Assembly: GCA_965215195.1 (NCBI GenBank)
Contig: CBDCDC010000002.1
Location: 4,032,001-4,096,000 of the forward strand
Source of the DNA: Candidatus Latescibacterota bacterium
GTDB taxonomy: Bacteria > Latescibacterota > UBA2968 > UBA8231
DNA: 64,000 nt
Direction: 5' to 3'
The translations under genes and the position numbers were made by a program. Below are positions 26,217 to 35,491 of this stretch, piece by piece (positions within the stretch are counted from its first letter, which is position 1; each line of letters starts with the position of its first letter). The notes under the pieces were generated by a model, which was given only the letters and a program-made list of their open reading frames with translations, was not told the DNA's origin and ran no database searches.

Positions 26217-28745
26217 TCAATGCGCTACGTGGACCACGCGCTGCACCTTGCGGCTGTCCGCGTCCGCATCCACCGCGATCTCCAACAGGTAGATCCCGGG
26301 TGGCACCAGCCGGCCGCTCTGGTCGTGGCCGGACCAGCGGAGCGCGTAGGAGCCGCTCGCGAGGGGACGCCGCTCCTCCCACGTCCGCACCAGACCGCCG
26401 CCCAGATCGCAGAGGCGAATCTGCACCGCGCGCTGCCCGGCGAGTCGGAGCACCGAGAACTCGAACCGCATTTCGTCGTTGATCCCATCCCCGTTCGGAG
26501 TCAAGATCGGAGCACGGATCGTCAACGGCCCCATCACCCGCCTGTCTGCCAACGGCCCGCGCAACAGCATCCCCTGACTCGAGGCGAGGGCGGTCGCATC
26601 GCCGGGATCCACCCGTTGCCACCGATTGGCCTCGGACGAAGTTCCCAATTCCGCCTGCAGGGTAGCGCCGGGGCGGAACAGGGTCGTGGTGAACCGCACT
26701 TCGATCAGATCGACCTCGGGCCCCACCGCCGAATCTAGACGCACCCACAGCGAATCCGATCGGGTCGGGACCTGCTCCAGATCGGCTGGTCCCAACTCGG
26801 CTACCGGGCCAGCGTCCCACTGTGCCTCCAAGCCCATGCGGAGGAGCTGAAAATCCAGATCCACCCCGGGAGCGTACAGGCGAATCTGGTCCATTCCCGG
26901 GCCGTTCCGCAGGAACCGAGCTTTGACGAACAGGGACAGGGTGTCGGTGGCACCCAACTCGGATACTAGACCTCGCTCGAGCTCGCCCAAGACCTGCTGG
27001 GCTAGGGGATCGAGGAAATTCAGGCGAATCGACCGCAGGGAAGCCGCCTGTTGCGGATCACTGGTCTTTAGCCAGGCCTGGAGCATGAGGTACGCTCGCG
27101 GGCTGGGCGACGTGATGGCCCCCCCCGAGAAGTCGTATTCCTCGCTCCAGTCGCTCCAGTCGCCCCCGGCCACCTGCTCGGTCGCGATCTCGACATCCTT
27201 CTTGGCGAATTTGTTCAGCTTGTTGTACTGCTCTTCCGTTATCTCGCTGCCGTCCTTCTTGAAATAGCGGAGGACGTCGGCGAGCTGGTTGCCGGTCCGG
27301 CTGCGCAGCGCGATGGAGGTTCCCGGGGGCATGTCTCCCTCCCACTCGATCGAACTCAGGGTCCGGGCGCCGTCCAGCGCGATCAGGGGCGACGTGAGTG
27401 AGACGCGAGGCTGGTATCCCTCGCCGTAGACTTGGATCTCCCGCGTGTCTGCGTTGCCTCCCGCCATGCCACCGGAATAGGGAATGCTGATGTAGCGGGC
27501 GACCGTGGGTTCGAACGCGTTGGCGTGGTAATCCATGCCGCCGTCGCCCCCGAGTGCCTGGCTGGTCCAGGCCAGTGTGCCCTCAGGGGTCAGACTGCCG
27601 TCTGAGGTCTGGATTTCGTACTGGGTGATGGGTCCCCAATACCCCGCGTTCAGGAAGAACATCTGCACTCGATCCACCCAGAAGAAGGCGCCTAGGTCGA
27701 AAAAGAACCAGCGCTGGCGGTGCTCCAAGGTGGTAGTTCCGACCGTCGTTTCGTACAGGCCGTCCACCAAGCTGGTGACTACGGTGGTATCAATCTCTAT
27801 CTTTTGCGCCACCCCCCGGCGGGCGGTCAACCCCAGAGCGATGTTCTCGCCTATGGTCCGCACTTCCATCTTGGCCAGACGAGGACGCTCGCGGCGGAAG
27901 TAGCGGATCTCACCACGCGATCCCGCGTCGATCGCCTCGTAGATCTCCGGTTCGACCCGGATGCTCCCGTCGGCCACCTTCTTATAGTAGTCCACCGCTC
28001 CCCGGCGATCCGGTTCTAGGGCTTCGTAGACTTCGCGGGATACTTCGGCACCTCGCACCGAGTCGCTTTCCGTCACCACGAGTTGGACATACCGGATCTC
28101 GTCTCCCCGCCAGTGCGGATCGCGGGCGTCTCCCGACGGCTCCAACTCAATGTCGAAGACCCGTTGGCTTTTGTTCGCGCCCGGACTCGCGTGGACGACG
28201 ACGTAGTCCTTGACGTCCCTCAGACCCTGCTCGGGACGCTCGCCATCCGAGGTCAGAAGGGTATACTGGAGAAAGGGATCCCCGAGAGCCTCGTCCACAA
28301 AGGTTAGGAGGATACGAGTCGCGGACGCGATCCGCCCCAGATCCAGCTCGAACCACCAGTCGCGCAATGGCTGGTCTGGGTCGGGCTGCCAGTACGAGGT
28401 CAGATCCCCGTCGAGGAGGTTGGCTACCCCGGCCGCATTGGTGCCGGCACGCACCGCATCCAGCAAGTCGACGTCTTCGGCCTTAACTCCTTTGGGTGGG
28501 TTCCGTTGCAGGTGCTCGACAATGTCTTGGGTCGCGTCGATATCCTTGGCCACAAAGTGCGGTCGGGCTGCGTTCGCTGGGGCGAAGAACTCGACCGTGC
28601 CGACCGGGAAATCCCAGGTTTTCAGATGGCGGCCCTCTACCGCGATCTGGTTGCCGCGGATGACGTACCCTTGGCCCCAGAGCGCGCTGCCACACAGGCC
28701 CCAGAGCGCCAACGCCGTGCCGATCCTGCTACATCTCTTTCGCAT
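26217..28745 (-). CDS. Secreted protein with two discoidin-like regions and FlgD-Ig/CHU_C-like C-terminus
   Basis: Signal peptide from ATG 28745; LLDGD..SYW, LDLG; TPNGDGIND...LVPPGIY. Confidence 0.75.
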   Translation of the reverse strand: MRKRCSRIGTALALWGLCGSALWGQGYVIRGNQIAVEGRHLKTWDFPVGTVEFFAPANAARPHFVAKDIDATQDIVEHLQRNPPKGVKAEDVDLLDAVRAGTNAAGVANLLDGDLTSYWQPDPDQPLRDWWFELDLGRIASATRILLTFVDEALGDPFLQYTLLTSDGERPEQGLRDVKDYVVVHASPGANKSQRVFDIELEPSGDARDPHWRGDEIRYVQLVVTESDSVRGAEVSREVYEALEPDRRGAVDYYKKVADGSIRVEPEIYEAIDAGSRGEIRYFRRERPRLAKMEVRTIGENIALGLTARRGVAQKIEIDTTVVTSLVDGLYETTVGTTTLEHRQRWFFFDLGAFFWVDRVQMFFLNAGYWGPITQYEIQTSDGSLTPEGTLAWTSQALGGDGGMDYHANAFEPTVARYISIPYSGGMAGGNADTREIQVYGEGYQPRVSLTSPLIALDGARTLSSIEWEGDMPPGTSIALRSRTGNQLADVLRYFKKDGSEITEEQYNKLNKFAKKDVEIATEQVAGGDWSDWSEEYDFSGGAITSPSPRAYLMLQAWLKTSDPQQAASLRSIRLNFLDPLAQQVLGELERGLVSELGATDTLSLFVKARFLRNGPGMDQIRLYAPGVDLDFQLLRMGLEAQWDAGPVAELGPADLEQVPTRSDSLWVRLDSAVGPEVDLIEVRFTTTLFRPGATLQAELGTSSEANRWQRVDPGDATALASSQGMLLRGPLADRRVMGPLTIRAPILTPNGDGINDEMRFEFSVLRLAGQRAVQIRLCDLGGGLVRTWEERRPLASGSYALRWSGHDQSGRLVPPGIYLLEIAVDADADSRKVQRVVHVAH

Positions 28746-28777
28746 CTGGGAGCCGTCGACTAAAGTTCCTGTGGGCC

Positions 28778-30736
28778 TCAATACGCCACCGCGATCAGGC
28801 GGGTTGCGCTGTCGCGACCTCCTGCGCGATCGACCGCGACCCGGCACACGTACAGCCCCGGCGGCACTAGCTGGCCGCCGCTGTCCCGGCCGTCCCAAGG
28901 CCGGAGGTACTGACCCGAATGGTCCCGGCCGCCATATACTTCCCGCACTAGCCGGCCCGACATATCCCACACCCCTACCTCCACTAGCCGGTCCTCGGTC
29001 AACTTGAGCAGGTCGTACTGGATCGCCACCGCGTCGTTGATGCCGTCTCCGTTGGGCGTAAACGCGGCCGGCTCAACCTGTAGCCCGCCCACAATCGACG
29101 CGCCCAGCGACAGCGTCTCGACCCACAGACGGTTGCCGTCTAGCCTGTTGGTCGCATCGCCGCCCCGCACCGGTTGCCAGACCTCCTCTGGTGCCTCGCT
29201 GTCGAAAATGCGACCTTGGAAGGTCGCCGCATACCGATACACCTCGCCCCGCAGCCGAACCTGCAGCAACTCACCGCTCTGGTCCACGTCCAGCCGCGGA
29301 AAGCTCACCACCACCCGGTTCTCGGTGCGCAGGCTGTCCGCCTCCGCGAAGGCCACCGCCGCTCCCGCCAGTTCAACCTCGACCACCTCCACCACTCGGC
29401 CCCCCTGAAAGCTCAACTCTAGGCTGTCGAAACCCCGATCCTGCAGCGACAAGGTGGGCCGCACCGCGTACGTGAAATCGGTTAGCTGCGAAGCCGCGGC
29501 CTGCCACGGATCCACCTCTCCCACCAGATCCGTCGCCGCTGGCGGCGACGAGACCGCGAATTCGAGGAAATTCACCTGACCCCCATCCAGAAAATCACTG
29601 GCGAAGTCAATCGAAAACTGCACGTAGTTGCGCGGCCGCGGCGCCACCATCGGCACTCCCAGACTGTCGCCAAATGAATACGGCGCCGACCACAGGTCCC
29701 AGTTTGCCGCGTCGTGGGTGATGCGGCCTTTCTCCTTCAGCTTGTTGTACTGCGCCCGGGTCAGGGGCGATCCGTCCGACCCATACGGCACCTCCTCGTC
29801 GGCTCGGAAGGTCCGCCGCCAGTAGCGGGACGGGTCGGGATCGTCGCCGCCATGGCTGCGGATCGCTACCCGGGCCGACTCGTCTTGGTGGCCCGACCAG
29901 CGCACCCAGCCCAGACTGGAGGGGGCACCCAGCGGAATGGTGTTCGAGGTATAGCTGGCGAACGGCACATACCCCTCGGCGAACACCTCCATCTCCGCAA
30001 TCTCCCACGCCTGCCGCTGAAACGGGTCCAGCCACAGTGCCAACTGTCGCACCGGCGTCCGGTCTAGGGGGATCTCCACCACCGGGCTCTTGTTCTCCGT
30101 GATCTCCGCCACCAGATTGAAGTCGAGTTTTGTGCGGACGAGCTTGCGCTGGAATTCTAGGTGAGACCGGTTCGGCGTTCCCCCGTGGAGTTCGCCACTG
30201 CCGGTGGCGATGGCGATGTGCTCGATGTAGTGCGGGGAGCCGGGACGCGGCGACACCCGCACTCGGTTCACCGGGAACAGGCCGCCCAGGTCGAAGTACA
30301 GGGTGAAGCCGGTGATACCGCCGCCCGGACTGTAATCCGACAGCGACGCATTGTGTACCAAGAAGAAGGTGGTGAAGTCGCCATCCGCGACCACGTTTAG
30401 GGTCGGATCGCGGCCATAGCCCGAGTAGCGCTCGGTCATCAGGAAGCCGCCCCGTTCTCCCACCGTGGATAGGATGCTCTCGTCGCTGCCGTAGTAGTAA
30501 GGGGCCAGCACTCCATCTAGGTCGACGCTGTCGAAGTCGCCGGCTTGGGCAGGATCCACATCGGCCCAACTCAACTGCTCGAACTCGACGCTGCCGTCTG
30601 CTACCTCGGGCCGCAGGGGAAAGCTAGCGTAGTCCTCGCCGCCCAGCCGGTAGATTTTGACCGCCTCTGCCGGACGCCACATCCCCGCGCTCGCCGCCAG
30701 GCACAAGAGCAAGCCTGCCAATCGCGCTCTTGCCAA
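28778..30736 (-). CDS. Secreted protein with FlgD-Ig/CHU_C-like C-terminus
   Basis: Probable TTG start after gaagg; signal peptide; FTPNGDGIND...WDGRD..G.LVPPGLY. Confidence 0.75.
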   Translation of the reverse strand: MARARLAGLLLCLAASAGMWRPAEAVKIYRLGGEDYASFPLRPEVADGSVEFEQLSWADVDPAQAGDFDSVDLDGVLAPYYYGSDESILSTVGERGGFLMTERYSGYGRDPTLNVVADGDFTTFFLVHNASLSDYSPGGGITGFTLYFDLGGLFPVNRVRVSPRPGSPHYIEHIAIATGSGELHGGTPNRSHLEFQRKLVRTKLDFNLVAEITENKSPVVEIPLDRTPVRQLALWLDPFQRQAWEIAEMEVFAEGYVPFASYTSNTIPLGAPSSLGWVRWSGHQDESARVAIRSHGGDDPDPSRYWRRTFRADEEVPYGSDGSPLTRAQYNKLKEKGRITHDAANWDLWSAPYSFGDSLGVPMVAPRPRNYVQFSIDFASDFLDGGQVNFLEFAVSSPPAATDLVGEVDPWQAAASQLTDFTYAVRPTLSLQDRGFDSLELSFQGGRVVEVVEVELAGAAVAFAEADSLRTENRVVVSFPRLDVDQSGELLQVRLRGEVYRYAATFQGRIFDSEAPEEVWQPVRGGDATNRLDGNRLWVETLSLGASIVGGLQVEPAAFTPNGDGINDAVAIQYDLLKLTEDRLVEVGVWDMSGRLVREVYGGRDHSGQYLRPWDGRDSGGQLVPPGLYVCRVAVDRAGGRDSATRLIAVAY

Positions 30737-30866
30737 GATGTCACCTTCTTGTGGTGTGTGGGCCCAACCCGCGTCCATTGTTGGGCTGATTATTAAGGAA
30801 GGGGGATGTGAGACCACATCCCCCCATGGAACTTGGCGCGCTAGCAGCGAACCTACTCGCCGTCAG

Positions 30867-31766
30867 CTACTGTCCGAACGCAGCTTTGATGCGGCCCCAG
30901 CTCTCGGCTTCGACTGCCGTGCCAAAATCGACCTCCTCCAACGGCGCCAGCAGGAAGTCGGTGGCTACCGCGGCAGTTTCCCAGTAGGTCCCCTCGCCAT
31001 TCAGGACATACTGTACGGCCTCGTTGTTGTCCATATTGTCATAGTCGCCGATCATCCAGTTCAGACCGATGATCTCGCCTTCTACAAAGTCGTGTACCAC
31101 GCTGCCGTCCGGGTCATCCCACTGCAGGTTGTCCCACAACGTCATCATCCACTCTGCCTTGCCGGTGACGTCGGCGGCGTTGAGCACGACGGAATCCGAC
31201 GTGTACCCTTGGTCGGCCCACGGCAGTTGTCCGGCCCAGGTAGCTTGGCTATGCCAGAACCAGTACCACGCTGTCTCCTCGTTGTTCACCGACGCCGGAT
31301 CGATGTCCGGGAGGCGGAAGTGGATATTCTGGGCAAAACGCCCGCGGTCCTCGGGTTCGTCCGCCCAGCTGCGTTCGCCGCCGTGGTCCCCGTCAACGCT
31401 CAGCTCGATGGTGTCGGGCAAGGGGGGAGGGCTACTTTCGATACCGGAGACATCCCGCTTGCGGAAGTTGTCGAACAGCTCGTGGTGCATATAGAGGCGG
31501 TCCAAGCTGGCGCTATAACCGACGATGATCTTGCTGTTCAGACTGGATAGGTCTGTCCACTTCTCGCCGGTCGTGGACGTATAGAGCTCTGGCCCGATCC
31601 AGTAGTCCTCGGGAACCACGGCCCACTCGGACAGATCCCCGTCCAGAGTCGGCTCGGCACCGGCCGGGAACTGGAACGCGAGCAGAACTTGGTCCTCTGG
31701 CACATGACTCCAAGCGGAAAAGGCAAAGCCCACGGTCAGGCACAGGGCGAAAGACACTTTCTTCAT
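30867..31766 (-). CDS. Secreted acidic CBM9/DOMON-like protein with TAVE..SWG.IK tail
   Basis: Signal peptide MKKVSFAL...AWS; PTLDGDLSEW; ends TAVEAESWGRIKAAFGQ. Confidence 0.7.
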   Translation of the reverse strand: MKKVSFALCLTVGFAFSAWSHVPEDQVLLAFQFPAGAEPTLDGDLSEWAVVPEDYWIGPELYTSTTGEKWTDLSSLNSKIIVGYSASLDRLYMHHELFDNFRKRDVSGIESSPPPLPDTIELSVDGDHGGERSWADEPEDRGRFAQNIHFRLPDIDPASVNNEETAWYWFWHSQATWAGQLPWADQGYTSDSVVLNAADVTGKAEWMMTLWDNLQWDDPDGSVVHDFVEGEIIGLNWMIGDYDNMDNNEAVQYVLNGEGTYWETAAVATDFLLAPLEEVDFGTAVEAESWGRIKAAFGQ

Positions 31767-31910
31767 TATTGCAGAACCTCCGTGATGTTGATTCCCCGAC
31801 CCCAGGCGCTCTGGGGCCGCAGGAATCGGGTGGCGTAGGGAATATCGCGAGTCAGAATGTATGCACTGGCCTTGGGGCGGCGCAAAAAAAACCGAGACCG
31901 GCCACACTCG

Positions 31911-33431
31911 CTAGGGGGATAGCTGTGCCATGCGTGCCTCTAGCGCTGCAAGCTGACGAGCGTCTCCGCGCCAGTGGGCGACCGCCAGCCGGTATGCCCG
32001 CAGCGCCGCATCCACTTGGCCCGTCTGTTCGTATGCCTCCCCGAGCGCGTAGTGGGCCTTCGCGCTGGTGGCGTCCAACCTCGCCACGGCCTCAAACACC
32101 GCGATCGCCCGGTCGTAGGCCTGCTGGCGGAGGTAGTACTGTCCGAGGCTCAGGCGGGAATCAACCCAATCCGGTCGGTGGCGGATCGCTGCTTTGTAGG
32201 ACTGCTCGGCCTCGCCTAGGCGTCCCTGAAGCAGCCCCAAGTTGCCCAAGGCATGGTGCCCCTTGGCATAGGTCGTGTCCACTTCTAGAGCCTGCTCAAA
32301 GGACCGACGAGCTTGGTTCAGGTGCCCTCTCCTAGCCGCCACATAACCGATGGTGAAGTGGGCCTCGCAGGCCTCGCGCTGATCCGGGGCCCGGGCGATC
32401 ACTTGGCGGGCCAGCGCCAGCGCCTCGTCTAGGTTCTGTTGGTTCAGGTGGGCATGGCTCAATCCCGAGAGGGCCCCGACATGTCCGGGCTGGTGCTTTA
32501 GGACCGCCCGGTACATTCCGCTGGCCTGCTCCCACCGGCCGAGCTCGCCGTAGAAGCGCCCCGCCGCCAGATAGGAGTTTAGGTCGCCGCCGGCCTGATT
32601 CACCTGTTTTTCTAGAGCTCGCACTTGGGCGGCCCGCCGGTTCAGCTCGGAAAAGCGGTTGAGCAGTATCTGGGCTTGCTCCACGCGCCCTTGGGCGGAG
32701 TAGAGATTGGCTAGGCTGTAGTGCGCCTCGGGATAGGCCGGGTCGATCTCGAGAGCCCAGCGCAGCATTCCCTCGGCCTCCTCGTAGTGCTCCGCGTAAG
32801 TGTAGAACACCCCGAGTTCCCGGTGGGCTTCCTTGTTGCCGGGATCGAATCTGACAGCGCGCGTCAACAGGTCCTCGGATTCTGCCAAGCGCCCCTGCAG
32901 CCGGAGGAGCCGGCCGAGGGTCCACAGTGCCTCAGCATCGGCCGAATCGGCCGCCACGGCCCGCACTAGGGCCTCCTCGGCCCGGTCGTACGCCCCTTGC
33001 TCTTGGTGCAGACCGGCCAGAAGACGGTACGAAGGAGCTGTGCCCGGATCGATGCGCACGGCCTCTTCGAGCAGGGCGACCGCCTCCCGGTGGCGTCCCG
33101 CCTCTCCGTAGGCCACGGCCAGATTGTGGTAGGCCAGAACGAGGCGCGAATCTAGGCGAATGGCGGCCAGATACGCGGTCTCAGCCGAATCCCTGTGGCC
33201 CAGTTTCATGTAGGCCGTGGCCAGATGGCAGTGGGCTTCCGCGGAAAGGGAGTCTAGGGCCACTGCCTGCTGATACGCAGCCAGTGCGTCTCGGTACCGG
33301 GCTTGGCGGAAATAGGTGTGCCCTCTCTCCGGGCCCGGTGCTGGCGATTCGGGTGCTTGGCACGCGCCCAGCCCGATCGTCATCAGGGCAGCGGCGGTGC
33401 GGCCGAACAGAACTGCGTACGTCGAATGCAT
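31911..33431 (-). CDS. Tetratricopeptide-repeat lipoprotein
   Basis: RBS ggagg; lipobox LGAC; more than 10 TPR units (A...LG..Y...G....A). Confidence 0.88.
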   Translation of the reverse strand: MHSTYAVLFGRTAAALMTIGLGACQAPESPAPGPERGHTYFRQARYRDALAAYQQAVALDSLSAEAHCHLATAYMKLGHRDSAETAYLAAIRLDSRLVLAYHNLAVAYGEAGRHREAVALLEEAVRIDPGTAPSYRLLAGLHQEQGAYDRAEEALVRAVAADSADAEALWTLGRLLRLQGRLAESEDLLTRAVRFDPGNKEAHRELGVFYTYAEHYEEAEGMLRWALEIDPAYPEAHYSLANLYSAQGRVEQAQILLNRFSELNRRAAQVRALEKQVNQAGGDLNSYLAAGRFYGELGRWEQASGMYRAVLKHQPGHVGALSGLSHAHLNQQNLDEALALARQVIARAPDQREACEAHFTIGYVAARRGHLNQARRSFEQALEVDTTYAKGHHALGNLGLLQGRLGEAEQSYKAAIRHRPDWVDSRLSLGQYYLRQQAYDRAIAVFEAVARLDATSAKAHYALGEAYEQTGQVDAALRAYRLAVAHWRGDARQLAALEARMAQLSP

Positions 33432-33564
33432 CGCGCAGTCCTCCGTTGAGTCGCGGGGTTGAGCGGGGGCGACGCGGCGAATATAGCCATCGGTATCGGC
33501 CCCAACAACGCTCAAACCGGACCTCTCTTTCCGTAAAAGGTCTCCGCAGGGAGACGCTATACTT

Positions 33565-35451
33565 TCACCACGGCGGGGCCAGACTCGGCTCGTGGACAAA
33601 GCGCTTCATGCCCAGCACGAGTCGGGCTTGGGTGCGCGGCGGCAGCGCCAGCGCGAACGTCTTGCCGCTCACCGGAACGCGCTGGGACGCCCCAGCGACC
33701 TCAACCTCGGTGAACTCGTGTTCTCCCATGCCCCCGGCTTGGATCAGCACCTCCCGGCGCTCGGTTGGGCTTACGTTCACCACGGTCAGTTCGGCCCGGT
33801 CGTCGCTCAGCCCCGACACCAGCGCGGCCACGTCGGGCGGAAGCCCCGGACGACGGCGCTGGCAGTCAAAGTGACGCAGTCTCGTGACCAGCAGGCCCCC
33901 ATTGTAGTGCGGCAGAGGAGCCCCCATGGTGAGCTGCACCAAGCCTTCACAAGTAACAGGATTCCGCTGCTGGAAATAGGCGTCGCCATAGCTGGCCGGG
34001 TCTTGGTCGTCTTGCGCCATGAAGCCGAGGCGCGCCTGCACTTGGCCCAGATTGTGTTGCAGGATCCGCTCTGGATACTCGGGGAACTCGCCGTGCAGGT
34101 AGGCCATCCAGCCCCAGTCGTGCCCGCCCTGATCCTTGGTGTGGTGCCACGAGTTGATGGCAAACGGATCACCCGACCGCTTGCGGGTCTGCTCGAATCG
34201 CCGCGAATCGGACCGGGCCATCGACATGCACCACAGATGGGCGATGTCGGACGGGTACATAGGCATGAACTCGAACCAGCCGTCCTTCTGCAGGGCGGTG
34301 CCGTCCTCCTGCCGGATCGGGTCGTACAGCCACGGGCCCGGCTCGTAGGCGACCCGCCCGGGATCATCGTACTTGTGGGGCACGTAGAGCTGATCGCCGC
34401 GCTCGATCCCGCGGGAAATGAGGACGTCGATCTGCGAGCGCGGAAAGTCCATGTATTCCAGTCGGCGCGTCAGCAGGGCGCAGTTCTGGGCTGCGACCCC
34501 CACGGCCTGCCCCACGCTGTGCCAACCGTGGGGCCAAGCCCAGCCGTAGCTCGACCCATACCACTTGCCGTTGATGTGTTCGCCCACGACACCGGAGAGG
34601 CCGACGTTGTCGGGCACGATGCCGCCGTTGGCGTCGGTGCGCTCCATCCAGGCCTCGGTGTATTCGAGGACCCAGTCGCGGTACTTCCCGTCCGCCGTCA
34701 GCAAATAGGCGTTGGCCCCGAGGGTGGTCGCGAGGAGGTTGACCACGGCGTCGCCGCGGCCCATGCGATCGCGCATGGCTTGGCCCAGCCGCTCGGCCAA
34801 CTCGGGACTACCGCGCACCACCTCGTGATTGGTGCATCCCGGCACGTCGTAGAAGGGCAGGTTGTACCCCTCATAGGGCCAATGCGGACCTTCTGCGAAA
34901 GCCCAGTAGGCCGGCCCCTTGCTGCCGTTTCTCGCGCACCGGATGATCCGGTGTTCCGGGTCGTAGTTGGGTGCCTCCGGATCCGCACCGAGGAACAGCC
35001 CGGCGAAGCGCCGGGCCCGCTCGATGTTGGCCCCATTGGTCGGATCGGCCATGCAGAGCATGTAGAACAGGTAGTTGCCCTCGCCTTGGTGGAACCAGTC
35101 GTAGCCCGGCTGGTACTCCCGCACCACCATGGGGTAGCCGTGTCCCGTGCCATGCTGGCTCATCTGCTCATTGATGGCATCGAATTCCCGCTGGGCGGCG
35201 GCTAAAAACCGGTCGCTGCCGCCGAGGAGGTAGAAGAGAGGCCAGTTGTGGAAGCTCTCGTAGCAGTCATCCAGCGCGTCAATGCTCTCGAAGTTGGGAC
35301 TCGGCGGCCAGAGCAGGCGCCCATCCGAATGGGTGTATTTCTCAAGCGCCTGCGGAGCGGCGTCCTCAATTGCGTCGAATAGCTGGCGCTGAAGCAAAGC
35401 CCACTTCGGTGGTGTCTGGGCCGATTCGCACGTCTCTAGGGAGACTGCCAT
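33565..35451 (-). CDS. Conserved hypothetical protein (possible alpha/alpha-barrel carbohydrate-active enzyme)
   Basis: Long ORF with biased codon use; Trp/Tyr-rich motifs DDCYESFHNWP and YDWFHQGEG. Function inferred only. Confidence 0.65.
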   Translation of the reverse strand: MAVSLETCESAQTPPKWALLQRQLFDAIEDAAPQALEKYTHSDGRLLWPPSPNFESIDALDDCYESFHNWPLFYLLGGSDRFLAAAQREFDAINEQMSQHGTGHGYPMVVREYQPGYDWFHQGEGNYLFYMLCMADPTNGANIERARRFAGLFLGADPEAPNYDPEHRIIRCARNGSKGPAYWAFAEGPHWPYEGYNLPFYDVPGCTNHEVVRGSPELAERLGQAMRDRMGRGDAVVNLLATTLGANAYLLTADGKYRDWVLEYTEAWMERTDANGGIVPDNVGLSGVVGEHINGKWYGSSYGWAWPHGWHSVGQAVGVAAQNCALLTRRLEYMDFPRSQIDVLISRGIERGDQLYVPHKYDDPGRVAYEPGPWLYDPIRQEDGTALQKDGWFEFMPMYPSDIAHLWCMSMARSDSRRFEQTRKRSGDPFAINSWHHTKDQGGHDWGWMAYLHGEFPEYPERILQHNLGQVQARLGFMAQDDQDPASYGDAYFQQRNPVTCEGLVQLTMGAPLPHYNGGLLVTRLRHFDCQRRRPGLPPDVAALVSGLSDDRAELTVVNVSPTERREVLIQAGGMGEHEFTEVEVAGASQRVPVSGKTFALALPPRTQARLVLGMKRFVHEPSLAPPW

Positions 35452-35491
35452 GGTCTTTCGCCTTCCGTTTTGGGCTGATAGCACTCGATGA

